Position numbers and translations under genes: made by a program. The notes beneath the pieces are model-generated. The model was not told the DNA's origin, searched no databases, and saw nothing but the letters and a program-made list of their open reading frames with translations. DNA of 64,000 nucleotides, taken from NCBI RefSeq assembly GCF_009914755.1, contig NC_060935.1. One strand, given 5' to 3'. Below are positions 45,163 through 64,000 of the stretch, one piece after another. Source of the stretch: the human T2T-CHM13v2.0 reference genome, Homo sapiens. Each line of letters opens with the position of its first letter. Positions within the stretch are counted from its first letter, which is position 1.

Positions 45163-45412
45163 CAGTCATGTGTTGCATAATGACAGGGACAGGTTCTGAG
45201 AAATGTGTTGTTAAGAGGATTTCATCGTATGATAATAGAGTGCACTTACACAGCCCTAGATGGTACAGCCTACTACATGCACATCTAGGCTTCATGGCAT
45301 AGCCTGTTGCTCCTAGGCTACAAACCTGTACAGCATGTTACTGTACTGAATACTATAGGCAGTTGTAACACAACAAAAGCAGTTGACTGAAATGTTACGC
45401 AGCTCATGACTG
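45163..45412. mobile_element. Tigger3/MER47-like DNA transposon MITE
   Basis: Terminal inverted repeats cagtcatg / catgactg flanked by TA dinucleotides. Confidence 0.75.
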
Positions 45413-46143
45413 TATTTGAAAGAGTGGGTAGTTAGAAATATTTCCTCACAGGATCACAGCTTGTGAATCTGCAAGCTTGGTCATTGCTGGATCTTGATTG
45501 CTAGGAATTTCAAAATACCCTTTTCCTCTTTCCCAAATAATAGTTAAAACCTCATTAAAACCTGAAATTCTTAATTCAGAATAATCTTTCCTTCATCCCT
45601 TTCAGTCCTGATTTTAAGTGGTTGAGGTTTCTTTACATATTAGGCATGTATTAACAATTCATTGAATGATTGCCTTATCAAATGAATGTATTGAAAAAAA
45701 TAGGTGAGTGTACTAGGTGTGGTGGCTCACGCCTGTAATCCCAGCACTTTGGGAGGCTGAGGTGGGAGGATTGCTTGAGCCCAGGAGTTTGAGACCAGCC
45801 CTGGCAACATAGAGAGACCTTGTCTTTAACCGCCTCCCAAAAAAAGCTTTGTGTTTTTCAGTGCTGCATGTGGAAACAAACAAAAAGATGATTTCCTGAA
45901 ATTATAGAGGACATTTGACATTCCTAGGTCAAAACTCACCTTGCTTAATCTTTGTGGTACAAATAATAATTCATGAATATTTATACCATCCTCTTATATA
46001 GAAGTTAGAGTTTTTCTCTTGCATGTTGAAACTGAAAAAGCACTTTTTTACAAGAATATTTAAGTTGGTAGACAAAGTTTTTGTATTCACAGTAGAATGG
46101 AGTTGTGGGATTTATCCTTGTTATTTCTAGTTTGGTAAACTAG

Positions 46144-49290
<3,147 letters not shown>

Positions 49291-49424
49291 TAGTAAGTTC
49301 ACTTTGTTTAGTTGGAAAAAAATCCATTCAGAACATGAGGTACCCAAGGGAAAAATATTTGTACAGACAGAACTACCTGGGCAAGCACTAGCCTGTAACA
49401 TCAAAGGAATTTAACCTACCTATG

Positions 49425-50470
49425 TGTGTGAGATGGAGCCGGGACCCCTTCTTAAAGGCCTGTGGGCGCCCTGAGCCTGAAAATAAAGGAAAATCTTGAA
49501 TTCCTTTGAGGGAATTTCCAGGGTAGTGCTGAGACGTAAATAAGCAACTTGATAAGCAAGAAGGTAAGTGTAGTTTAAAACAATTGCCAAGGAAGTTAAG
49601 AGTCCAGATGCTTGGTTCCCTATAGAAACTAAAGATAACATCTTAAAATATGTCCCTGAGTTGTTTTCAGAATCTCAGATCCCCACCAAGTGGATTTGCT
49701 GGCATGTAGACCTCAGATAAGCAAGGACAACTTGGGCTGCCGTTCTTTGTTCTGAATTTTTTCCCGAGGGGCCTGGAGGAGGTCATGCCTGTGAGCTGGA
49801 GCTAACATTCTTTTCTGTTGACCCAAATTTTAGACAAAGCTTCTCCTTAGCCAATTGCAAATCAGAAAATCTTTGAATCCACCTATGACCTGTTGGCCCC
49901 TACTTCAAGATGTCCCACCTTTTACATCAAACCAATATATAGCCTCCGTGTATTGATTTATGACTTTGCCTGTAACCTCTGCCTCTCCACCTTTGTGGGT
50001 TTTTTGGGGTTTTCTTGTTTTTGTTTTTTGAGACAGGGTCTTGCTCTGTTACCCAAGCTAGAGTGCAGTAGTGCAATCAGCTGCTCATTGCATCCTCAAC
50101 CTCCTGGGTTCAAGTAATCCTCCTGCCTCAGCCTCTTGAGTAGCTGGGACTACAAGTATACACCAACACATCTGTCTGATTTTTAAAAATGTTTTATAGA
50201 GTCAGGGTCTCACTATGTTGGCCAGACTCATCTCAAACCAGCTCAAGGGATACTCTCACCTTGGCCTCCCAAAGTGCTAGGATTACAGGTGTGAACCATT
50301 GTACCCAGGCTTGCCTCCCCACCTTTAAAACCTTTACCTGTAAGCCATTGAGGAGTTGGAGTTCTTGCTTGGTGCCCTACAATAAATGCCTCACTTCCTC
50401 TTGCTGCAGTCCCAACGTCAGTGCTTGGCTTTGCTGTGCCAGATGAGCAGACCCCAGTTTGGTTTGATAA
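49425..50470 (+). mobile_element. ERV1-class solo LTR with an inserted antisense Alu, between the MED17 and VSTM5 3' ends
   Basis: 'aaataaaggaaaatcttgaattcctttgagggaatttccagg' and LTR-like CCAAT and AATAAA layout; subfamily uncertain. Confidence 0.6.
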
Positions 50471-50778
50471 TGTGTACTTTATAAAACCAAATCTAACACT
50501 AAAACTTCAGATTTATTTTACATTATCAATACCCTTTCTTCCACCAATACTCAATCTCTGATAAATTTTATGTAAAACCCACCAAAATCGTGGAACATGG
50601 AATTCCCTAAAAGACTAAGAGATTCACAGGAGGTAGAGTTGAATGCATTACTTAACAGGAGGAAACCATCTTGGTTGAAGGAACTAGCCTGATACATAGA
50701 AAGTTTGCCTAAGATGATTTTTGTATATATCATTTGAAATAAAAAGTAATTTTTCAGTGAACAATTACAGTGTATTCA

Positions 50779-51099
<321 letters not shown>

Positions 51100-52529
51100 C
51101 TATAGACTGCATTGTGCAGGCAAGAAGAATGAAGTTTTGGAATAGGTAGACATGAAATAATTCCCGACACATTAAGGAAAGACTGGTGAGTTGTAGGGTA
51201 ATATATATGATAGAATCCCATTTGACTAGAAAGAAAATAGGATAAATATGTATATTTGGCATATATATACACAGATATGTTCATATATGCATAAGCAAGT
51301 CTAGAAGGATACACACCAAATTCGACTATTGTTTCCTCTGGATTGAGGGAAGGAGAGAGATCTTTTACTTTATTTAGTTTTTGTTAATTAACTCTAGCCA
51401 AAGATACTTTAATATATATAGACTTTAGTGCTATCTGAATTTTAAAGAAGGATTTATCACCTCTGTAATTAAGCCAAACCAAAAATACCCACTTAATTTT
51501 TAAAGGGCAGTGGAAATGTTCTCAAGAATTGGAAAAGCTGACAGCCAGGTTGGGTGGATTCAGGGGTGCAGAGAGATGCAAGCTCTGGCAACTCACACCA
51601 TTAGTGGGTATTGAGTTGGGGATAGATGTGCTAACAGTGATCACAAGGATTTGCTCTGCTTTTAGTAAACTATGGATGTGTCTGATGCTTCCCTGGAAAC
51701 TGGGCAGAAGAAACCTATGCTGGGTATGTAAAAGCTGATGCCGGTGAGATGGTTTCCACTTCCCCCAGTATCCTCCCCAGTGTTGTCAAGGAGGCAGCAC
51801 GTGAATCACGTCCCTGGGGATTCACCCTGTCATATTTGGCTCCTTGTTCCTGGTTACATCTCCAGCATTCTGTTCTGCCATCTCTTCTCAATCCCTTGTT
51901 ACACTTACCCAGCTCTTCAGAATTGTAGGGTTTGTCTCTGCATTCTTGCCTGGGGCAAGATATCCTGATAACCTCTCTCACTGCCTTAGCTTCTCACCTT
52001 TGTGAGGTATTGCTTCAAATCAGAGTATGCATGAAGTGCTCTCAGGTATTTACCATCTTATGTGGCCTTCAGAGGACATGAGCTCTCCTTGCATACACGG
52101 AACACCATGAAATGAGAAAGTACAGTATATACCTTTTGGGGTTCTAAGATCATAACCTCTGAAAGGACATTCTGTTGACAAAGCATGTGTGTTCTGTAGG
52201 GTATCTTATCCACTGCTGAACAAGTGGTACAATTATCACATCCTACTTTTGGCCCATTCCAGAAGCAGGAAGAATGCTATTGAATTACAGTTAATATTCT
52301 GAAAGCATAAATTTCAAATTGGTCTTCTGGCTACAATTGGGGGAGAATGGTGGTGCTGATAAGGTGTAGTTTTTCTGAATTGCTAAATAATGTTTACTGT
52401 TAGAACCAGTGTAATTAGTTGCGTTGTCACTTAAAATATGTGCCAGACCTGACTGTGATTAAGGGTTTTGTTTATGCTCAGCCTGACAGGACACAGCACC
52501 CAGAGCCTCTGATTTCTTGGCAGGAGCAG

Positions 52530-52571
52530 ACACACACACAAAGGACCAGGGCTTTATTTTCAGGTTTTATT
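52530..52571 (-). terminator. Probable VSTM5 polyadenylation site
   Basis: Two minus-strand AATAAA (52566-52571, 52553-52558) followed downstream by a GU-repeat (plus-strand cacacacaca at 52531-52540). Confidence 0.65.
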
Positions 52572-54890
52572 TCATTCATTCTTTAAAACTTTTTTTTTTC
52601 ACAGTTTGAAACATAATTTATAGCTTAACATTTACACTAGCTAATCTCTATGATTTTTATTTTTCTGAAAAGCAAAAACCTCAGGCTCTGCATTTTAAAC
52701 CTTTCCACAGGAATGTTCAGTATGGCAGAGCTTTAAAAATTCAAAAGAAACCCTTTTTTCAAAGAAATGGAAAGCCAAGGAAAGAAGCTTTTTTTAAAAA
52801 AAACATTGTAACTTCCCACACTACTGATGTGAATAAACTGTCATGAGATTTGGGGGGGGGGGGCAATTTAATTGACATCTGCCATGGAGGCCTCTTAGTG
52901 GGTGTTCTTTTCCAACTCCCCTTTGATTATGAAGATTGCCAGCCCTGACTTCGGGACAAGCGGAAGAGCAGAGTTCTGAAAGGCAGGTAGTGTGGAAGAG
53001 GACATGCTGGCCCCAGCAGCTACCCAACTCCCACTGCTTTCCTGCTGGTGGCCTCTCTGTGTGAAAGACGAGAAAGAAATCAGCAGATTATCCTTGAGCC
53101 CCTTGGATACTGCTCACCTCGTTTCTTCACAGCACTGGAAACTGTCCTGGCCCAGAGCCTGGTTCCTCCGACTGCTGCGTGGGGATAGGACATAGTGTGT
53201 GAGTTTACCCGTGTGTCTACAGGAGGCGCCTTGAGGGTATCTTCTACCTGTCAGGTGCTAGAGCTACACATCCGTTGTGTAGACCAACTGCTGTCGCCTT
53301 TTGAATCAAGCAGTGCCTTGGGAGTCCTGCTCTGGATACTGAGAGTTCCTGTCTGAATATTCTGAGAGATCCCTTCCCAAAACTCTGGATTCAATATTGA
53401 GGGAAAGGGCTGTAACTTATCCAAGCAACTCCTCTGCCACATAGGAAATAGAGAAGATATGGACATTGGAGGCCTGAAAGGAGGGAGAAGAGAAAGGAAT
53501 GTTCTAAGACTTCTTAACCTTTGCATGGGTGAATTTGCAACTGAGGACTAGGAACACATCATCATCGGATGGTACCTTTGGTCTGTAGCTATGAATATTG
53601 GAGAGATAAGAGAATGGAAAATAAATCCATGCCTGCTTTTAGAGCTTGTCAAATGGAAGTTGGGATGGAGAAACTTACAGGTGAACATGGTGACCAACAA
53701 CCTGAGGGAATAATGGCCAAGGCCAGCTGTGGTCCAGTCCCCAATCTCACCTGGAGCCCCAAGACCTCAGAGGATTTTATCAATTTCTAATACTCAGAAT
53801 AGCATTTTCCAGTATAGCTTTCCAGATCCTTGAAGAAGCCTCATGCATTTCGTAAGTTGCTCAGAGAACTCTGTGCATACTGTGGGCTTCTCTTGATACT
53901 CTGACTGTGAGGTAGGCAAGGGCCAAGCGTTCCTCAGCCCAGGTAGGAGAGGGCAAGGGCCTGACTTGAGACGTGAAGTGTTAGTGACTGAGGGGGACAG
54001 ATGCAAAGCCCGAGATGACTGATTTTCCAGCTGCATCACCCACTATGCAAGCTCAGCTTTCACACAGGTGGCATCCAGCTCGTCAGGAGGCCAGGTGCTG
54101 CCCATAATGGAGATGAGCTGTTGTTTTACTTACAATGGCCTAAGTTTGAGCCATGGGAGGGAAAATCCAATTAACGTTGGAATGAGGGAGGAAGAGAAAG
54201 ATAATTTTCTCTATTCCTTGTATCCAAAGCTGGCCTCTCAGGAGTCCATTGAGCTCCTCTCCCATAAAACTCCCAGCCACCGGGCCTCACCAATGAAAAA
54301 CTCTGCAGCACAACAGCACCAACCCCCACCCCCAGTCTCTTTCCACCTCTGCTCTGAGGCAGCAGATTGTCTAAAAGCCTCAGGTTTTCTCACAATAGCT
54401 CCCACAGCAGTGCTTGCTTGTGGGATACCAGATGGGGGGCTGGTTGGCACAGCAGTTGCAGAGCAGACAGGAGCACAGAAAGCATGTTCTAATGCTGGCT
54501 GCACATCCATCTGGAAATCCTCTGGCCTCTGATACAGGGACTCTGACAACAGGCCATCCTGCACACCAGAGCAAGTGTCGTGAGCAAGCAGCCAACGCCT
54601 GCACTCACCCATTGGTTATGTGTCAGCACGGCCCTGATGCTGCAGCCAAGCGAAGCTCCTGGTTCAAAGCCTCAATCACTCTTCTCCTTGAACTTAGCGC
54701 GAGTCCTAATACTAGCTTTGTCCCATCCACAGTCCTCAACTCCATGCAGTCAATGTTGTTAATCTCCCACTGTCCTGTTAGGAGCGGGCTGCAACAGGAC
54801 CACACACAATGGGTATAATAGCTGTGCTTGCTCTTTTTGTTGGAGAATGGTTTCCTCTTGAGGTAGGAATGCAGTCAGGCCCAGCCTTGG

Positions 54891-54934
54891 CTAACACTCA
54901 ACATCTTCCAGCTCAATCTCCTCAGTTGTGCTTT
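54891..54934 (-). CDS. VSTM5: VSTM5 last coding exon
   Basis: ttacag|AA; (E)STTEEIELEDVEC* with TAG at 54893-54891; 44 nt. Confidence 0.93.
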
Positions 54935-55064
54935 CTGTAAAGCAAAGACAAGTCAATGAGTTGGAAATCAAGCCACATAGTGCTTTCTTCGTGAGAACAA
55001 GATAACACATGCCACCTCTGGCCTCAAAACCACTCATGGATTATCACAAGGCCCAGGGGGTTAC

Positions 55065-55205
55065 CTTTGAGTTTGTGTCTTCTCTTCCTCTGAAATTTAT
55101 ATGCACACTTATTACAAACCCACATGAGGCTGATTAATACTGCGGCCACAGCAGCGAGAAAAGCAAGGATGACAGCGACAAAGTGCAGGTCTTCATAGAG
55201 GATCT
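55065..55205 (-). CDS. VSTM5: VSTM5 exon 3 (transmembrane helix and basic juxtamembrane)
   Basis: catag|AG; (E)ILYEDLHFVAVILAFLAAVAAVLISLMWVCNKCAYKFQRKRRHKLK; G|gtaac; 141 nt. Confidence 0.94.
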
Positions 55206-55318
55206 CTATGGAGTGAGGGTGAGGGGAGGGGGAAGACAACATTTCTTTTAATATCGTGAAATTGGCCTCCCACACATTCACAGTTCAGAGGGGTGCCCGG
55301 GGCCCTGGGATGTCTTAC

Positions 55319-55645
55319 CAGAGACGTGCAGCACGATGGTGCCAAACTGGCTGCTCCCCAGGCGCTCCGTCACGGTGATGACATAGTAGCCGGAATCCCT
55401 CACTCCCACGCTGAAGAGCTGGATGGAGCCGTTGTCAAAGGTGCAGACTCTGTCCTTGTGGCTTTGAGAGATGTTGGCCTGAGTCCCTGGTTTCCACTCC
55501 ACGATCTTCTGCGTTCCCCAATTGGATGAATATGTCCATTCGATGGTGGGCACTCCATGACAGGAGTACTCAACTGAGAGCAGGATGTCTTCTTTGACAG
55601 TGGCATTGATGGTGGCCTGAGGAATGTATAGGGACACACCCTGAC
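55319..55645 (-). CDS. VSTM5: VSTM5 exon 2 (Ig V-set domain)
   Basis: cctgcag|GT; QGVSLYIPQATINATVKEDILLSVEYSC...DSGYYVITV...VLHVS; G|gtaag; 327 nt, phase 1-1. Signal-peptide exon not seen in the window. Confidence 0.95.
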
Positions 55646-56355
55646 CTGCAGGATGATATGCTGGATGTTGGGCACATATATATGGCTTTATACTGAAGTG
55701 AACTTATATAATTTGTTGATCTATTACACAAATATTTATTGTGTGCCTATTATATGCCAGGAACTGTTCTAGGTTCTGGTGCTTAAGCGATAATGCTGAA
55801 CAAGACACAAGGCTCCCTGGAGATAGAGCTCTCTACACACAGAGCAACCTTTTTCCATTTTGAAGACTATTTAGAATGCTCCCTTTTATTTCAACATGAA
55901 ATCTGACACCTTTGTAGCAAGGTGGACTACAGAGGTTCTCTCCCAGTATATGGGGAGCCCTTCTGATGCCCAAGGACTCTTCTCATGACTCTCTGGATCA
56001 CTCCTTCTCACTCAAGCCCTCAGTGTGTGACATAGTTATTCTTTAACACAGAACAAAGTGCAGAGTTTAAGACGACTGAAATAAAGAAGAAAACAGAGGT
56101 CAAATTCCAGGCCAGACCTTGGAGGGTGGGAATCGTGTTTTCTTTATCCCTATGGTCCCTGAACCCAGTACAATGCCTGGCACATAGTGGTTGGTCAATA
56201 AATGTTTGCTGAGTAAATGAATAAGTGAATGACCAAATATTTACAGCAACAAGAACATGAGCCTTTTCCTAATAGGAATGTTGATGCTTGGGTGGTTTGA
56301 AAAATTAGGTACATCTGAAAGCTAACATACATATAGGGAAAAGAACTATATTTAA

Positions 56356-56583
<228 letters not shown>

Positions 56584-57654
56584 TAGTAGAGACAGGGTTT
56601 CACAATGTTGGCCAGGCTGGTCTCAAACTCCCGACCTCATCATCTGCCTGCCTCGGACTCTCCAAAGTGCTGGGATTACAGGCATGAGCCAGTGCACCCA
56701 GCCATCTCCTTTTTTTTTTTACATAGGCACACCAACATGCCCACATAACGGAAGAGGAGGGATTTCAGCACAGCTCTGATTCCAATCCTGGATCTCTACT
56801 TTGTTTTCTGTTTTGTTTTGCTTTTGAGACAGTCTTGCTCTGTCGCCCAGGCTGGAGTGCTGAGTCACAATCTCGGCTCACTCAACCTCCGCCTCTTGGG
56901 TTCCAGTGATTCTTGTGTCTCAGCTATCTGAGCTGGGATTACAGGCATGTGCCACCATGCCAGGCTAAATTTTTTTTGCATTAATAGTTTTAGTAGAAAT
57001 GGGGTTTTGTCATGTTGGCCAGGCTGGTCTTGAACTCCTGGCCTCAATTGATCTGCCTTCTCGGCCTCCCATAATGTTGGGATTACAGGCATGAGCCACC
57101 ATGCCCAGCTCGTATCTCTACTTTGTGGCTATCTATCAATCACGTATCTATGTTTCCTGATTTCTCTGACCTCAAATATGAGCAGTTGCACTAGTGATTA
57201 CTGCTGTAAGATTTAGAGAACTATATTTAGAACTAGTGACGAATCTATATTATAACTTCTGCGCATTTCATATACATTCTGTTAACCATGGTGGTCAAGG
57301 TTACTAACAGGTTAATATCCTGGGAGACTACCAGCCCTTTTCACACCCTCATGGAACTTCACTTTGAGCATTTCGGTTACTTTGGCCCAAGAAACTGCAA
57401 AACTAAAAAATAAATAAAAATAACAACTCCAAGTTTCTCAGATGCTGATACAACTGGAAACTGGCTGACTGGTTCTTGCTGGTTTTTGTATTTTCTCTGG
57501 ACCAGAGAAACCTCTTTTTCCTTTTCTTTTTTTTTTGGTAGAGATGAGGTCTTTCTGTGTTGCTAGGACTGGTCTTGGACTCCTGGCCTCAACCTCCCAG
57601 AGTGTTGGGATTACAAGTGTGAGCCACTGTGTCCGGCCTAGAAAAACTTCTTTA

Positions 57655-61305
<3,651 letters not shown>

Positions 61306-61349
61306 TGAGAAAAACCTCCTCTTAATTAGACAGACTAACCGGGCATTTA

Positions 61350-61739
<390 letters not shown>

Positions 61740-61945
61740 TTAACAGTTTCATGGTTTTAAAGCAAACTGCTTGTTGATTATTTAAAAAGTTGAATTAATG
61801 AGTAACCACGTCTGCATCTCATGCTAAAATTAATCTAGAGTGAGTCCAGAGAAACTTAGCAGCTGGGCCAATATTCAGGCCTGGCTCAAGTGCTCTATTC
61901 AAGGAGGTTGGTTCAGTACATCAGCTTTCACTTATAAAATGGATG

Positions 61946-62056
61946 GGCTGGTCTGAAGGTAGTGAGTTATCTCAACTGATTGTTCACAGTCAGTTACAGA
62001 TGAAACCCCTTATTCTGCTCTTTCTCCCCTTCTCACTACTGCTATTGAGTAGTCTT
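61946..62056 (+). pseudogene. Y1 RNA (RNY1) retropseudogene
   Basis: 'ggctggtctgaaggtagtgagttatctcaactgattgttcacagtcagttacaga...cttctcactactgc...tagtctt' matches hY1, followed by an A15 tail. Confidence 0.93.
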
Positions 62057-63461
62057 AAAAAAAAAAAAAAAGGACAGCAGGCAGCCATTAACAAGAATGA
62101 GCTTTGTATGGGCAAGGAAAGACGTCTGTGATGTTACTAAGTTAAAAAAATAAACATGTAAAACAGCATACCTAATGTGATCTCATTTATATTTGTGCAA
62201 ATATGTGCTAATATATACATATTATGTACGGAAAAATGGAAAAGTGTTGGAGTAATATATGTTAAACTGTTAACAGGAATTGCCCCTCAGAGATCAAATG
62301 GCAGGAGAACTTTATTTTCCATGTAAGCCATTTATATAATTTTGAATTTTTCAGTTATTTATTGAGTTAATAATTTTTAAAAATGTACTTTAAAAAGTCT
62401 TTTTAAGTTCTCCTGATTAGACTATGCAATCTTGGCCAGCAAAATTTAAAGTTTAAAAGTTTACCTTTGCATCTTCACTTGAATTATTTGTGAAAAGCAG
62501 AGAGGAACTAAATTTCTAGGCATTTCCAAGACAGATGGGGATGCCTCTTAAAGAACAAGTCACATAGTAGAAGATTTTAGCAGGACAGAAGTCACTGGAA
62601 CCTGAACCAAAGGGCTTCCCGACTTCCTGGAGATGGTGAGACCCTCTGGTAACTAATCAGAAAGCTGTCAAGAGGAAATAGTAAAAGTACTAGGAAGCTG
62701 AAACCACCTACCGAGCAATGGGCTAGAATATAACACTCAGAAGGGTTACTTACTCCTTTTCTTACAAATAAATTACAAAGGTTGTACTTTTCGTTTTTTT
62801 AAAAATCGATTATTCAGAAGGGGGATATATTTCTTGAAATCACAACAAAGGTCAATACTGTTGAGATGACAATTACATCTGTTGAGATGGCAAGAATATA
62901 AACTAATGATAGGACAGGTATCTTGCCAACATAGTCTCTGCATTTAAGGAGTTATAGAGTTAAGGAGTTATAGAGATACATCTTAATTACTCATTTTCAC
63001 CTCATTTATCTGGAAAACAACTTATTCAGCAAATGTGATTGTCAGATGCAGCTGAGAACTAGAAACTAAGCATCATTGTCATCCTTATCAAGCCTTTAGT
63101 TAAGCAGCTAGCATATAGGTCTCAGAGCCTAAGATTCAGGAGTCCTAATTCAGAAAACTGTTACAGTAGGGTGGGTGAGTGACGAGTGATATTACAAAAG
63201 GATCATTTCAAGTGGCAGGGAGGTGTAGTGGAGACACCTGATGTGGGCAGGACACACCCAGGCTCTACCCTGAGACCTCCTAGCTGGGAGATCTGGAAAA
63301 GTCCTTAATTATGAGAGCCTCAGCTCTCCTGCGAGGATGAGGGTCGATGACACATGTAAGGCCCAGCAACAGGCCGGGCAATGACACAGAACTTTGTGTT
63401 CATCCAGGAGCCGCAGCCCCCACCACTTACCCTTCTCTGATCAGGTCTCTGTCACCTGCCT

Positions 63462-63702
<241 letters not shown>

Positions 63703-64000
63703 TTAGCCAGGCGTGGTGGCTGGCGCCTGTAATCCCAGCTACTTGGGAGGCTGAGGCACGAGAATCGCTTGAACCTGGGAGGCACAGGTTGGCAGTGAGC
63801 TGAGATAGCACCACTGCATTCCAGCCTGGGCAACAGAGTGAGACTCAGTCTCAAGAAAAAAGAAAAAAAGAAATATTGAAGAGCAGAGAGAAAACTCCAA
63901 GATATACCACTGTGTATTTCCGAGGTGTTCAAAGGGGCTCAATAGGGGAGTTGTGGAGGCAGCCAGCCCTGACAGGCTGAGGGAGAAGGAAAGCCAGTCT

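Noticed and set aside
54068-54818. Overlapping 124-154 aa ORFs in the VSTM5 3'UTR
   Set aside because: No homology or splice context; consistent with chance ORFs in a GC-balanced UTR.

Overview
Human (primate) genomic DNA, recognisable as the chr11q21 MED17 / VSTM5 locus. The complete MED17 gene is on the + strand: 12 coding exons from ATG 18846 to TGA 46386, all introns GT-AG. Exon lengths 250+167+220+137+85+153+131+185+138+118+160+212 sum to 1956 nt (651 aa), downstream of a CpG-island promoter with ETS motifs. Convergent on the - strand are coding exons 2-4 and the 3'UTR of VSTM5 (IgV-TM protein); its exon 1 was not found in the window. The first 17.5 kb is nested transposon debris: ERV1, MaLR and ERVL LTRs, many Alus, a truncated L1PA, and a decayed class I ERV with pol and PABL/HERV-R(b)-like env remnants. 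Introns carry retrocopies of U4 snRNA (with an unusual 61-nt insert), U13 snoRNA and Y1 RNA. The best leads are splicing-related. First, skipping MED17 exon 11 would enter an open alternative frame of the last exon, giving an NMD-escaping 652-aa protein, and that exon is bracketed by a perfect 51-bp palindrome and a degenerate copy of its core. Second, intron 9 has a candidate in-frame 9-nt microexon. Third, there is an antisense splice donor inside the 5'UTR. I found no convincing wholly new biological system; these are testable hypotheses. Repeat subfamily names and reference-sequence comparisons are from memory and need RepeatMasker/BLAST confirmation.
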